The position numbers and the translations under genes are program-made. Positions 1-11,842 of a stretch of 64,000 nucleotides of DNA are shown here, one piece after another. Each line of letters begins with the position of its first letter. The stretch's first letter is position 1. Origin of the DNA: Squalus acanthias (lineage: Eukaryota); assembly GCA_030390025.1 (NCBI GenBank), contig CM059430.1:3906001-3970000 (forward strand). The letters are read 5' to 3'. The notes beneath the pieces are model-generated. The model was not told the DNA's origin. It was given only the letters and a program-made list of their open reading frames with translations, and searched no databases.

Positions 1-1957
1 TAATGCAAGAAGAAACAGAGCAGCGACAAAATGTGGGCACCTTGTGTTTGAGATCTGCAGCCATGCATTTGTAATTGGGCAGCTAGGAGGTTGATAGGGG
101 ACCAAAACACACAAAGCAAACCCAGCTCCAGAAATTACGTAAATAAATAGCATTTATTATTTAGTACAACAGCAGAACAATTGCAACGTTTCCCTATTTT
201 CTTAAGGCTACATTTAATTTTTGACAGCACACAGCAAAAATGCACAGGAAAATGCTTAAGTCTGCACAGGACCATTCTGGTACAAGACCAATGAAGTGTT
301 GGGAACCCTGAATTAAAGAAATAGAAATCTATGAGACTAGTACCTTACATCAGCACTTTCGATAGTCGGTACTAAAAGTACTGACAACAGGATGTACTGC
401 TTAATAATGTGCTATCAACCATCTTCTCCAATCTGCTGCCAACCTGCTTAAAGGATGATCACATCGTTTAAAATCATAGATTTTTATATAATGAGTGATT
501 AATGACTGCTTCCTCTCAAAAATGCCAATAGCAAATATGTGTTCTATTACAAAAAAGTTTTTTGTGTAATCCTTTTGTTTCAGACACCATGAGGCAGAAC
601 TGAAATCAGCAAATGCTATTCATATAAGGGCAATGGCTTCAAACGCCCCTGTTTGTTACAAAGAAAGGGTAACAATAGAGATCGTTCAATGTTTTTCTGT
701 TTGAAGCGATTAAATGCATTCCAAATAGTGCATATTGAGTAGCACTATACAATTATGCTTCTTTCCTGCCATCTCACTGCCATTAGGTATTGAATCCTTG
801 GGATTACCTATTAGTAATGGGTATGCAGTTTTATTGCTCATTTTGCACTCACAACAGACAAACAAAATCTTTAAATATCTAGATTTCTTCATCTGCAAAG
901 ATGATCCCACACATAGAAATGTCAATACTATATAGTTGTGGGCCATTCAGCAGTGAGAAGTTAAAAACTTCAGCCAGAGTCACGAAAATTTCCACACCCC
1001 GTCCCCGTCTAAAAATGTGATGATAGAGAAGGTTCTGGAACATGTTCAAAAAGCAGTAAAAATGTCAAGAGAAGAGTTCACAACTTAAAGGGGCCATTTT
1101 TTTAAAGCTGCAGCACTGGGGTAAATCTCAGGTCATGTTTTGGGGTATTCAATAAGACTGTGCCCGTTTACTGTTTAGTTGAGGTTTCTCAATCTGCGTT
1201 CTGTGCCCGTGCCTGGCATTTGGTCAGTTCTGGATTGTGGAAATAGGGTCACATTCAGTGAGTTGCGTTAGCGCCATGTATACATACACGAGAACATGCA
1301 AAGGGAAAAACTCTCAATACTTTCATTATCTTTGAATATACTGGTGGCCAGGAAGAGGAACTAACTTGCAAATCTAGATAAAAGTGAACAAAGTCTCTAC
1401 ATATGGACACAAAGGGCTGGATTTTTCCGGTGCTCAGAGGGCGGGTTTGGAGGCGGGTCCGCTGCCAAAATAGCAAAGATTGACAGCAGGTAGGAAACCC
1501 GCTGTCAACCCGCCTCCACGCGAGTCTCCCAGGTGTCGGGTCTGTCTGCGCAGAACTGACCTGACTCCAAGCGGCAAGGCAGACAATTTAGATCATTAAA
1601 TGGTTTGTTAAGAGCCAATTTAATGCGATTTTGAGCCTACCTTGCAATTTTACGTGCTCCCCCACGGGTTACCCGCTGCTCGGGGAACACGCCAGCTCAC
1701 CCTGTCGTGAGTTGAGTCTGCTTTGATTTATCTGATAAGTTGACAGCTGCAGAAGTGGTATAAAGGATACCATGTTGCAGATGTTCAGTTTCAGAAACTG
1801 TTGGTTACTGCATTTGTAAGACATATGGAGATTTCTTTAGCATGCAAGTGTTTAGAGCCAACTGTATATCCAGTGCCACCTCATTGGAACAGCCTCTCTC
1901 ACCACTGACAGATCGCTTCTGTCATCTCACCTGCAGCTGCCATCTATTGCAGCAACA

Positions 1958-2155
1958 TCGGTGCCCTTGAAAAAATCAGACCTTGGTCCTCTGAATCCTT
2001 CCACGATCAGCCCCAACACTAACATCACCAACCTCATCAGCAACCTTCTCCGCCATCACCTGATGCTGCACAGGACACAGGGCATCAACTCCTGACAACA
2101 TTGCTGCCCGGGAGGCCAGCGATGGCATCACCATGGCCAGGTTTACTTCACTTGA
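1958..2155 (+). pseudogene. Internally deleted Harbinger transposase remnant (N-terminus joined to C-terminus), copy 1
   Basis: Convergent with the Myb ORF, as in vertebrate Harbingers. Ends in NIAAREASDGITMARFTS, resembling Harbinger transposase C-termini; no DDE core visible. Homologous to 32560-32783. Confidence 0.45.
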
Positions 2156-2660
2156 CGCTGTTAACCCTGGCTGTCACATGATGTGCCAGATTGACACCAC
2201 CCCACACCAGCACCATAAAGCATTCCTTTAATGTCCAAGCCATTCCATTCACACTCATCACTATAGCGGGGGGTGGGTGGGGAAGTTATGTCCGAACATT
2301 CACTGGAACTCAGTAAGACACTTCTCAAGGTGCGCACAGATCTGTCCAATAAGGTGAAGTGTTGAAAATATCGATTTCACTGTATGACAACACTTTACCA
2401 GAAACTTCACATAAACATTGACTAAACCTCTCAAGTGCCTACCGTTGTGTGTTGTTAGTTGGTATGCTTGCAGTAGGATGAGGGTGAGTGTGAGGGGTGG
2501 CTAGTGAGATGGGGAAGTGATAATGTAGATAGGGAGGGGTGGGTGGAGTAAGTAAGGATGTGAGTAAGGATGTGCAGGAGTAGGGTGTGGAAGGCAGAGT
2601 GATGGGGATGCGATGAGTGGCACAGCAGGATGAGGTTGAGTATGGCATTGCAGTAACGCT

Positions 2661-2891
2661 TCCTGATCGACTGAGATCATTGAAAGGTTGGCGCCACTGC
2701 AGCCAGGGACCCCTGACGACATCGCTGCTTGTGTCCTCCTGTGCAATGTGCAACCAGACTGTGTTGATCTCCTGGGGAGGTCTCTTCCGCCCATGGGAAG
2801 GGAAGAGAATCTCCCTGCGTGCTGTGACTCCCTCCATAAGCATATGGAGGGAGTCATGCGTGAGCCTGGGTGCAGACGTGCACCTTTGTGC
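2661..2891 (-). pseudogene. Harbinger Myb/SANT-like (trihelix, NAIF1/MSANTD-type) DNA-binding domain remnant
   Basis: Translation APRLTHDSLHMLMEGVTARREILFPSHGRKRPPQEINTVWLHIAQEDTSSDVVRGPWLQWRQPFNDLSRSG fits the Harbinger ORF2 pattern (PRF..LL..V..R..LF...W..IA..V....R.W.QC.K.FNDL). It lies within ORF 2439..3014(-). Confidence 0.75.
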
Positions 2892-4764
2892 AGTGCTTGT
2901 CAGTGTTTGCAGCACCTCAATGCTGCAGAGCACTGACAGCACAACTGTCAAACTCAATGTGGCCGTGGTCCCTTTAAGGAAACCGGCCGATGACGCGTCA
3001 TCAAATGACGTCATCAGACCCGCTTCCTGTTAATTGGCCAGGAACCCCGCAGGGCGGGCTTAACAAGGCCAATCTACGGAAACTCTTTGAGAGAGCGGCT
3101 GCAGACGGGAGCGGGACCGGAAACCGCCAACCAGCTCTCCCGCCGCTGTCCTGCCTCCTCAGGGAAAATCCAACCCAAAATGTTTGCAGGTGCCGTTTCC
3201 AGCTTCCACACAACCAAAACCCTTCACCAATAAAACCTTTCAATGAATTAAGTGACAAATCAGTGTTCAAAAATAGCAGGTTCGTAGCTCATTGGTTAGT
3301 TCCCAGCTCATTTTCTAAAGTAACCCAGCAGACATCACGAGGAAATCACTTGTGAAATTTGGTCCAAATCCAAAAATTAATTTTCAACTGATTTCTAGAA
3401 GATAACTCGAAGCTTCACCACTTCAAAAAGGAACCTAGGGGCTCATGAAGGAAGTGCACTTACACAGTTTCTTTAAAAGTTGTTAATTGTTTTCAAATTT
3501 TAAAGTGACAAATTAGTGTTCAAGAACAGATAGATAGAGAAAACCAGAAGATAAATCCCACGCTATAACCAATGCGGTGGAATTAAAAACAAACCAACTT
3601 GTTTTATCTGTGTTGAACCATAATTGTCAGGCAAACATGTTTCTAACCCTTGACACTCCCTGAAGTATTCTTCATTTTAATGTGTTTTCATCAAATAAAA
3701 TGAAAACTCTGAAGTGAGCTGATATTTTGCTTACTCAAGAGATTTATTTAAATGAGGGGTTGGTTTATTAGTTTTGTACATTGTTTCATTGCTCTATCAA
3801 GGCAGTACCACAGCTAATCTGGTAGTTACTCTACGCTGAAGTGAAGTATGCAATACATCCATCTCATTAACACTTCCACCATACGATACTCATCCTACCA
3901 GACACATACCTAAGGAGGTCACAGGTGGCCTCTTTTGACATCAGACAGAGGCCTAACTCTCCTGCATGTCTCCTCAGGCAAGAATGGTGGACTGGATGGT
4001 GCTTTTTAAGTGGCCACACTGGTGTCCTTGATCTGGGTGCAATTGGATTTCAAAGAAGCAGCAATGAAAGTGCTTGGCTGCAAATCTTGGACTGGAAACA
4101 CTCCAGGTTCCGCAGTGACAAGGTACAGCCATTTATTAAATATTACAGTACTGTATATTCACAGGCTATATGAATGCAATGTGTATGTTTTGAAAGCTGG
4201 AGAGGAAAGTTGGGTTTTTCAATGTCACAATTCCACAAAAACAGCTTTGATCTCCACTTTTTTATTCATTTATGTTTAAATGAAAAATCCCAAGTTACCA
4301 CCTGTGTTTATAACCCTTCTGTTTGATGTCACTGAGCGGGGCCACACTATGCCGATTCACACCATGTGTTAAATTCCAGTTACACACTGCCATCTGCCAT
4401 TCTCTCACACCAGCCAATCCAACCTGCATTTGGTCATTACTCAAAGTTGCAATTGCTCAGTATTCTGCACAGAAACATTCCATACATAACCCGCACTGCA
4501 TTCAAAAGGTTCGGCTTTTTCTAAATAATATTTTTCATAATATTTTGATAGTTGCTATCTTAAAGGAAAGAAGCTGTGTCAACAACTAGAAGTTGGCATT
4601 AACAAAGATTTCAGACCATGTTCTCAATTACTTATAGCATTCAGTTAAATTACCCTCTTCTCCAGTTTTCTATCTCAAAGGGCATTCTTTTTGTTTATGT
4701 GCCACTTTTGGGGAAGCAACTAAATCTGCTTTCATCAGAAGAAATCTGATGACTTTCAGTGGAT

Positions 4765-6385
4765 GAGGCTTTTCAAAATTCGTGTCACAGAATTAATGGA
4801 AAAATAGCGAGCTGGATTAAAAATTGGTTTGGCAAGAGAAAACAGGATGTGATGATAAATGGATACAAGGTCTAGGTGGAGGTTGTTGATGATTGAAGTT
4901 GTCGAGCAGCCATTCAGCTCTACTGTTCTCAGTATTCATAAATAATACGGAGTAAGGTGCTTTTACTAAAATTATAAAATTGGCTGAACACAAGCAGCTA
5001 ATTTGGTCAGGTGATGAATATAAGCGACTTCAAAAACATTCAAAGGAATCTAAACAATTAAGCAAATAGGCTAAAGATGGATTTTAATGTAGATATATAA
5101 ATGTAAGGTAATGCATGCTGCAACAGGAAACATATGCCAAGTATACCAAATGAAAGGATGTCCATTAACAAAGGTGGAAAAAGAAAAGCACTTGGGTGTG
5201 ATTATTGATGATTCACTGAAAGTTTCCAGTCAATGGAAAGCTGTTACGAACAAGGTAATCAAGTATTGGGACGCATCTCAAGGGCATTTGATTACAAGTC
5301 CAAACAAATTATTTTAACTTGGTACAGATCATTGGTTGGACCAGATATGGAATATGTGTATGCAAATTTGAGTACCATGTGGCGAGTGTCTCACCTCCTG
5401 ACTCCCCAAAGCCTTTCCACCATCTACAAGGCACAAGTAAGGAGTGTGATGGAATACTCTCCACTTGCCTGGATGAGTGCAGCTCCAACAACACTCAAGA
5501 AGCTCGACACCATCCAGGACAAAGCAGCGCACTTGATTGGCACCCCATCCACCACCTTAAACATTCACTCCCTCCACCACCGGTGCACCGTGGCTGCAGT
5601 GTGTACCATCTACAAGATGCACTGCAGCAACACGCCAAGGCTTCTTCGGCAGCACCTCCCAAACCCGCGACCTCTTCCACCTAGAAGGACAAGGGCAGCA
5701 GGCGCATGGGAACACCATCACCTGCAAGTTCCCCTCCAAGTCACACATCATCCTGACTTGGAAGTATATCGCCGTTCCTTCATCGTCACTGGGTCAAAAA
5801 CCTGTAACTCCCTCCCTAACAGCACTGTGGGAGCACCTTCACCACACGGACTGCAGCGGCTCAAGGCGGCTCACCACCACCACCTTTTCGAGAGCAATTA
5901 GGGATGGGCAATAAATGCTGGCCTTGCCAGCGACGCCAACATCCCAGGAACGAATATTTAAAAAAAAATCTCTGTACTGATGTTTGTTCCGAGAAGAGTG
6001 ACACAAATTATTCCAGGACTTTATGGTTAAGCTATCAAGAAAAACCCGCAGAACTGAATTTGTTTCCATTGGAGAAAAGAGGATTGAAAGCCTGAATCTT
6101 GAAAAATGCTGTAAGGCACGGATCACATGAATGTAAGCAAGTTATTTGATTTGGACCACGAGTATAGAACTACAGTACACGTGTACAAATTTACAAACTT
6201 CAAACTACACTAGAGGTGAAAAGCATTTTCTCCCCACAGGGTAGGTGATATGAACTTCCATCAAAAGCAGTTAATATCAATTAACTCCTTTAAAAAAAAA
6301 AGCTGGATAAACATCTGGTTTGAAGGTTAAAGGCTCTGCATGTACCGAGGTGCTCCAATCCTCTATGGAACTTCGTAGTTCCTTT
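4765..6385 (+). mobile_element. Old, degraded CR1 LINE ORF2/3' fragment, interrupted by a younger LINE at 5378-5968
   Basis: Broken CR1 RT motifs: WIKNW..RKQ.V.ING (~4814), EKEKHLGVIIDDSLKVS, GNQVLGRISRAFDYKSKQIILTWYRSLVGPDMEY. It resumes at ~5990 with RRVTQIIPGL...LNLFPLEKRG. Confidence 0.75.
5378..5968 (+). mobile_element. 5'-truncated non-LTR retrotransposon 3' end (CR1/L2-superclade family 'A'), copy 1
   Basis: Encodes IYKAQVRSVMEYSPLAWMSAAPTTLKKLDTIQDKAAHLIG (RT C-terminal region). 3' UTR GGGATGGGCAATAAATGCTGGCCTTGCCAGCG followed by an A-tail. Near-identical copies at 13285 and 39120. Confidence 0.85.
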
Positions 6386-6386
6386 G

Positions 6387-6455
6387 TTCCACAGGTGACA
6401 TTTTCATGGTCCAAGTTCCTTTGCTACTTGGACCATGAAAATGTCACCTGTGGAA
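6387..6455. repeat. Perfect inverted repeat: 30-bp arms, 9-nt loop
   Basis: TTCCACAGGTGACATTTTCATGGTCCAAGT (6387-6416), loop TCCTTTGCT, ACTTGGACCATGAAAATGTCACCTGTGGAA (6426-6455). Confidence 0.97.
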
Positions 6456-6489
6456 AGTAACTGGCCAGGATTGCATAATGGAAGTACAT

Positions 6490-7022
6490 TTACATAAGAC
6501 GTAGGAGCAGGAGTAGGTCATTTGGCCCCTCGAGCCTGCTCCGCCATTCAATAAGATCATGGCTGATCTGATCTTGGCCTCAACTCCACTTCCCTGCCCG
6601 CTCCCCATAACCCTTGACTCCCTTATCGTTCAAAAATCTGTCTAACTCCACCTTAAATATATTCAATGACCCAGCCTCCACAGCTCTCTGGGGAAGAAAA
6701 TTCCAAAGATTCACAACCCTCTGAGAGAAGAAATTCCTCCTCATTTCCGATTTAAAAGGGTGCCCCCTTATTCTGAAATGATAATCCCCTAGTTTTAGAT
6801 TCCCCCACGAGGGGAAACATCCTCTCTGCATCTACCCTGTCGAGCCCCTTCAGAATCTTATATATTTCAATAAGATCCCCTCTCATTCTTCTAAACTTCA
6901 ATGAGTATAGGCCCAACCTGCTCAACCTTTCTTCATAAGACAACCCCTTCATCTCCGGAATCAACCTCGTGAACCTTCTTGGAACTGCCTCCAATGCAAG
7001 TATATCCTTCCTTAAATTTAGA
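6490..7022 (-). mobile_element. CR1 LINE 3' end (HER1-like shark CR1)
   Basis: ORFs 6752..7090 and 6580..6831 give [39 protein letters not shown]...MRRNFFSQRVVNLWN, with the typical CR1 3' UTR. Confidence 0.92.
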
Positions 7023-7204
7023 CTGATATTCTGAAGTATTCCATGATTATCTTTGGAGGATATGGAGAAATATTGCAAAACTTCCCTCAAGTATAGACCA
7101 GATTATATGGTTTGTCGAATGAACAGGTTTGTTAAGCATAATAGGTTTCGTGGGCCACTCCTTCTTAAAATGTTTATACCAGGTTGTTCCTGGCTGTTGT
7201 AGAC

Positions 7205-7918
7205 CCTTCTTTAAATATGCACATCAGGCTCCAATGATGTCATCAGGCTCCAATGATGTCATCAGGCTCCAATGATGTCATCAGGGCCTGATGGCTATTT
7301 CAACCAGTGGCCTGAGCAGGGAAGCAGTCGTAGCTTTCTTGCCAAGTCAACCTAGCGGGAAAGAAAGAGTCTGGCGCAGCAGAGGCCCAAATAGGTCCAT
7401 TTCTTAAAAAAACCTTTCCTTGTGGACCCAAAAGGAGCACGGGTGCTCATCCGGGCCCCACAAGGAAAGTTTAGGCCTCCTCTGCTCCGAACTCCCTCTC
7501 TTCCCGATTGCAAAGACCCTCCTGAAACTCCCTACCCACGGCACAGCCGAGTGCTGCGGAGCGTTATTTTAGACCTCGGCGGTGGCCTTCTGTCGCCCGA
7601 CATTCCGTCTTGCGTGGCCTAACCAGCAGCCCTTAAAGGGATTGTTGCTGGCTGTTCCAAAAAAAAACCAGCCCAGAAAAGCTTCTGGGTCATATTTTTT
7701 GTGAAGCCAGGCCGAGCAGGAGTGCTCCTCCTCGCTCCCAGGACACAACCTGTGGGTTGGTGTGGCATCCGAGCCGGCCTGGCGTCGTGAGCTGCGGCCG
7801 AACTCCTGCTCAGCTTGCCGGCGAGATGTGAAATGAGGCCCGAGTTCAAAATGGCTCAGGCCTCCTTGCCTACGTGCGCACTTCGTTGGTCCGCTGCCCT
7901 GAAGTGAAAATTGGCCCC
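7205..7918. mobile_element. GC-rich non-autonomous DNA transposon (Harbinger-like MITE) fragment
   Basis: Ends in GAAAATTGGCCCC (TIR-like). Carries the GGAGCAGGAGTGCTCCTCC hairpin motif shared with 40052-40515 and ~63570. Left TIR not identified. Confidence 0.5.
7222..7285. repeat. 19-bp tandem repeat x3.4 (CATCAGGCTCCAATGATGT)
   Basis: Three exact units at 7222-7278 plus a partial CATCAGG. Confidence 0.95.
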
Positions 7919-9879
7919 AATCATCCAGTGGCATCTTCTGGCAACATTGCGCTGCTGTTTGCTCACCTCGACGGAGGAATTTACGGCCCAGCATCTTCCA
8001 AATGAAAAGCTCTTATTCTGAGACAGAGATTCTTCTTTTCCGGTAATTTTTTTTAATGAGTACTTCTGAAATAAAAAGCAACTGTGGAATTCGCAGCCTT
8101 ACTGCACTTCAAAAAAAAATGTCACTCACAAGGTTGCCTGCTTGCTCGTGAAAAGTCATAAAGGGGAAAACGGCCCCTTTTATCTTTGAGCATCAGATTC
8201 ATTGAAATGCTTTGCATTTACGTCCATTATTAAGAGGGGGATGAGGAAAGAAATTAATGCACTTAGCCTTTCACGGGTATATGCGCATGTACAGTGGTTA
8301 AAGAGAATGGCCAGGGAGAGGACTGCAGAAACCTGTGCATTTTACTGGCGAGCTCAGCCCAATTTAGAGCCCTACACATTTCAGTGGTTTCCTCAAAAAC
8401 AGATCCCTCTGTGCAGCCTTCTCGACCCTGTGCAGCTGTGCTGTGCAGATGTCCAGCTGCTAGCATTGCTTTTTCTTACCATACGAGCAGCGACACTTTT
8501 GCTTTCCTTCCACTTGCCGGCTGACTTCGTCATGGATGGGCTTCCCAATAAAAGTGATCCCTGGTGGGGGCACATTATAAGAAGTGCTTGATCACAACTG
8601 TAGTTTGGACAATGCACCCTGACTGGGATCATTTCTCACTGGGAAACCTTTCCGACACAAAGTCACAATGGAGAGGGGAAAAAAGGGTTTTTGCTTTGAA
8701 GATGTCAAAATAAGGAAGAATATCAAAATAGCACCAAAAAAAGAATTGCTGCTTTATTGCAGAAGTTATAAGTTGGATTTATTATCTCGATGCTAGTGAG
8801 ATTTTTAACTGCCCAGCAAAATGATGTTGAAGACTGTATTGAAAATAACAGTCCCATCATAAACTGCTTAACGTGATGCATTCCAGCACAAGCTTAAAAA
8901 CCCTCCTCAAGTAACAAACATGGCTCAACGCTGGATAGTAATCGTAAGTAACCCACACAGGGTAAGAGCTCGGAATCTCGTCTTTAGAAATGTGCATCTT
9001 TGCTAATGCCAGATTTTAGATATTTCTGGTTGTTCTAAACTGTCCTATTGGTATAAATATAGGACGTCTTCGCAACAGGTTGGTTTGGGGTAATGTAGTA
9101 GCAAGTATGATGCGCAGCAAGCGGCCAAGAGCTTCCCAAGAGGGAGCGTGCGGAGGAGGGGGAAGACACAGCAGAAAAAGCAGAATGAGGGAGAGTAACT
9201 GTAGGCCACCATCATGCACGACCTTGTAGCCAACTGAGGAGTTGCACAGGCAGGGCCTGACGCCAGTACTTTGCCCACACACTCAGGCAAAGAATGGTAT
9301 GTGAGAACTAAATAGGAAAGCAGAGCCAGAACTAGATTAATGGCTTCAACATTCATAGACTGAAAGTTATTGTTTGCAATGTTAGAGATCAAACATGCTT
9401 TCATATGACATTCTGCCCTCTATTTTAACTGAGGCATTCATTTTATTCTAAATGGGTTAATATCTTTATTAAAATAGCAGACAGAGGAAACGTTAAGTAT
9501 TCGTACACTAATATTGCAAACAATAACTGAAAGCCCTAAGTACTCTTAAGTATAAACTCCAGACAAGCTTAAAATAGTGGAGGAAGATCAGTTATACAAA
9601 CAGCATAGTGTATTTGGAATATTTCCTTTTTCTATGTCCAATCATGTTTCTCATTTGTGTGACATGCTACAAATGAACACAGGGAGACTTTATTTTAAAG
9701 ATTCAATAAAGTAACAAAAACAAGTAAACCTACTCTCAAGTAATGGCAGTTCAGTGCCATGAGAAGTATTTACTGAGCTGGTTCATACCATGTTTCTGCC
9801 TGTTGAGTGCCATAAGACACATTTTCTGATTTGGCTCATACAATATTGGTGGCACTGTAGGACCTGCAATGAGGTCAGG

Positions 9880-10020
9880 TGTGCTCTTGAAGCGCTGTAA
9901 CCTACAAGGCTACGGACCAAGAGCTGCAAAGTGGGATTAGGCTGGATAGCTCTTTTTCGGCCGGCACGGACACGATGGGCCGAATGGCCTCCTTCTAGGC
10001 CGTAAATCTCTATGATTCTA
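9880..10020 (+). mobile_element. CR1 LINE 3' tail fragment
   Basis: CAAGGCTACGGACCAAG...GACACGATGGGCCGAATGGCCTCCTTCT...CTATGATTCTA matches the tail of the CR1 copy at 38320-38445. Confidence 0.85.
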
Positions 10021-11705
10021 AGATCATGCTAGTTGAACGCATTCAATTGTGATTAAAAACTGGGAATGACAAAGCTATTGAGAAGGGGACATTTTGGTCA
10101 TATTTTTTGTGCAAAGATTAGGATATAACCTTTCCTTACAACCCAAGGCATGCTAACCTGAACTGCACCCACCCTTCCTCCACAATGACGTTGAACGAAT
10201 AGGTGGTGCCATGGCGCCCAGCTCGAGTAGTTCTGCTCAAAAGCAGTTTGCGGCACCATTCAGACCCACAGAGATATTTAAATAATGGGAGAGCAATATG
10301 GCCACAAGAACAAGGATGCCCTGGAGCAGTCACTTACCGTAAGCTGCTTTATTAAACAAAACATTTTTAAACTAATGTCAAAATGACAAGATGAAGAATG
10401 TCTAGACTGTGTTAGTAATGCAACTGAAACAGATGGCAAATGAAAAGCATAATCTTGTGCTCTGCCTAGTGAGACCTGGCTTTACCCTGGCCTTATTTAT
10501 ACCTGTGTGTTGGTCACCCCCGTGAGACGGATTGCCCTTTCCTTCCTGCTGCTGTTACAGCCAGAGTCAGAGAAGTAGGAAGAGCAAAATTATAATGGGA
10601 GCTGGCATGGACTTGGGCCTGTATTCAAGGTAGTTTACATAGGTGCAAAGGGCACCTGCGTTCCCTCAACCCTCCCTCACATGCAAGGCACGGGGCAAAA
10701 CTGAAGCCCAGATATATTGGCGTATTAGCTCCTCCATTAGTGTCCACCCACCCGTACCCCATTCCTAGATCCTTGCTGCTCTGCAGCTGCCATGATATTG
10801 TAACTTTTGAGCTTCGCGAAAGCATATTTATCTTATTCTATCTTCTGGGGGGGTTTTTTTTTTAAATGAGATAGAAAGCAATTTTTCTTAAGAAGTGGGT
10901 AAGCACTGGCTGATTGTGATTCAGACAATGCACTCTCGCACAATCCGCCAGCTTCACTGCATCTGAGAGCACAGACTGCGATCTCTGCCAAGAACTACTT
11001 CTGTTTCAAATTACTATCACTGTAGAACAACACATTCAGATGCTGCGACGCAGCTAGCTTAGTCAGAGCCCTGCTGAAACATTAGCGTCCTTCCTGTCAA
11101 CTCACTGTGCTTCACAACCTCTGCCAAGCAAGCAGCTGTCAACCCACCGATTCAAAGCTGTGGCAATGCAGCCTGCTGATCCTGTTCCGATACACTGCAA
11201 GTATTCATGAAGACAGAAACTCACCAACAGTACACAAGTACATTCAAAATCTATTCATCTAGCTTTTTGCCAGGTAGCTTTGAAAAAGCACATACACACT
11301 GTCAAACAAAAATTAACTCTTGGAGTTCCAGAGTACTTTCAGTATGCCGTCACTTGATTGAAGGGGATCAGAATTCAGAAAAGGAACGCAGGATTTTTCC
11401 TCTTGAAAAGTAGTTTTTTTTAAAATCATAATGAAGGCCTAATAAATGCCAACAACTAGGACTGATGTCACTCAAACACTGTAGATACTGATTCATCTTT
11501 TACGATTCAAAAAAAAAAATCAAGGTATTTGCAGTCTGCCTTTTGACCCAAACACTGCTTCGGACAATAACCCATTATTGTTCCATACTATAATGACTCA
11601 CATCACAGTCCTTGCAGCTTATCTCTGGCTTCCGATTCAAAAGACAGAGATGACCTCTACTGGAACCTTTGATCTACACCACAGCAAGCTGCCAGCATCA
11701 GCAAA

Positions 11706-11842
11706 GCTCAAATTGGTGGCACTCTTGCCTCGGAGTCAAGAAGCTGTGGGTTCAAATTGCAATCCAAGACTTGAGCACTACAGTGCAATACTGAGGGAGT
11801 GCCACATTGTCAGAGTCGCTATCCTACAGCTGAGATATTAAA
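11706..11842 (+). mobile_element. tRNA-headed Deu-domain SINE fragment (SacSINE1-like)
   Basis: A/B-box-like head (GCTCAAATTGGT...GGGTTCAAAT) followed by CAGTGCAATACTGAGGGAGTGCCACATTGTCAGAG...GAGATATTAAA, which matches the Deu-domain as I recall it. Confidence 0.65.

Larger units (their letters stand above)
1414..3176. mobile_element. Non-autonomous PIF/Harbinger DNA transposon (~1.76 kb), copy 1
   Basis: TIRs GGGCTGGATTTTTCC (1414) and GGAAAATCCAACCC (ends 3176); 3-bp TSD AAA on both sides. Carries an internal Myb/SANT-like ORF on the minus strand, and the interior is clearly homologous to 32024-33769. Confidence 0.85.

Noticed and set aside
5233-5901. 222-aa ORF as a host gene
   Set aside because: It is a chance in-frame fusion of two LINE fragments.
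11706-11780. tRNA gene
   Set aside because: A degenerate SINE head that runs into a Deu-domain; no complete cloverleaf.
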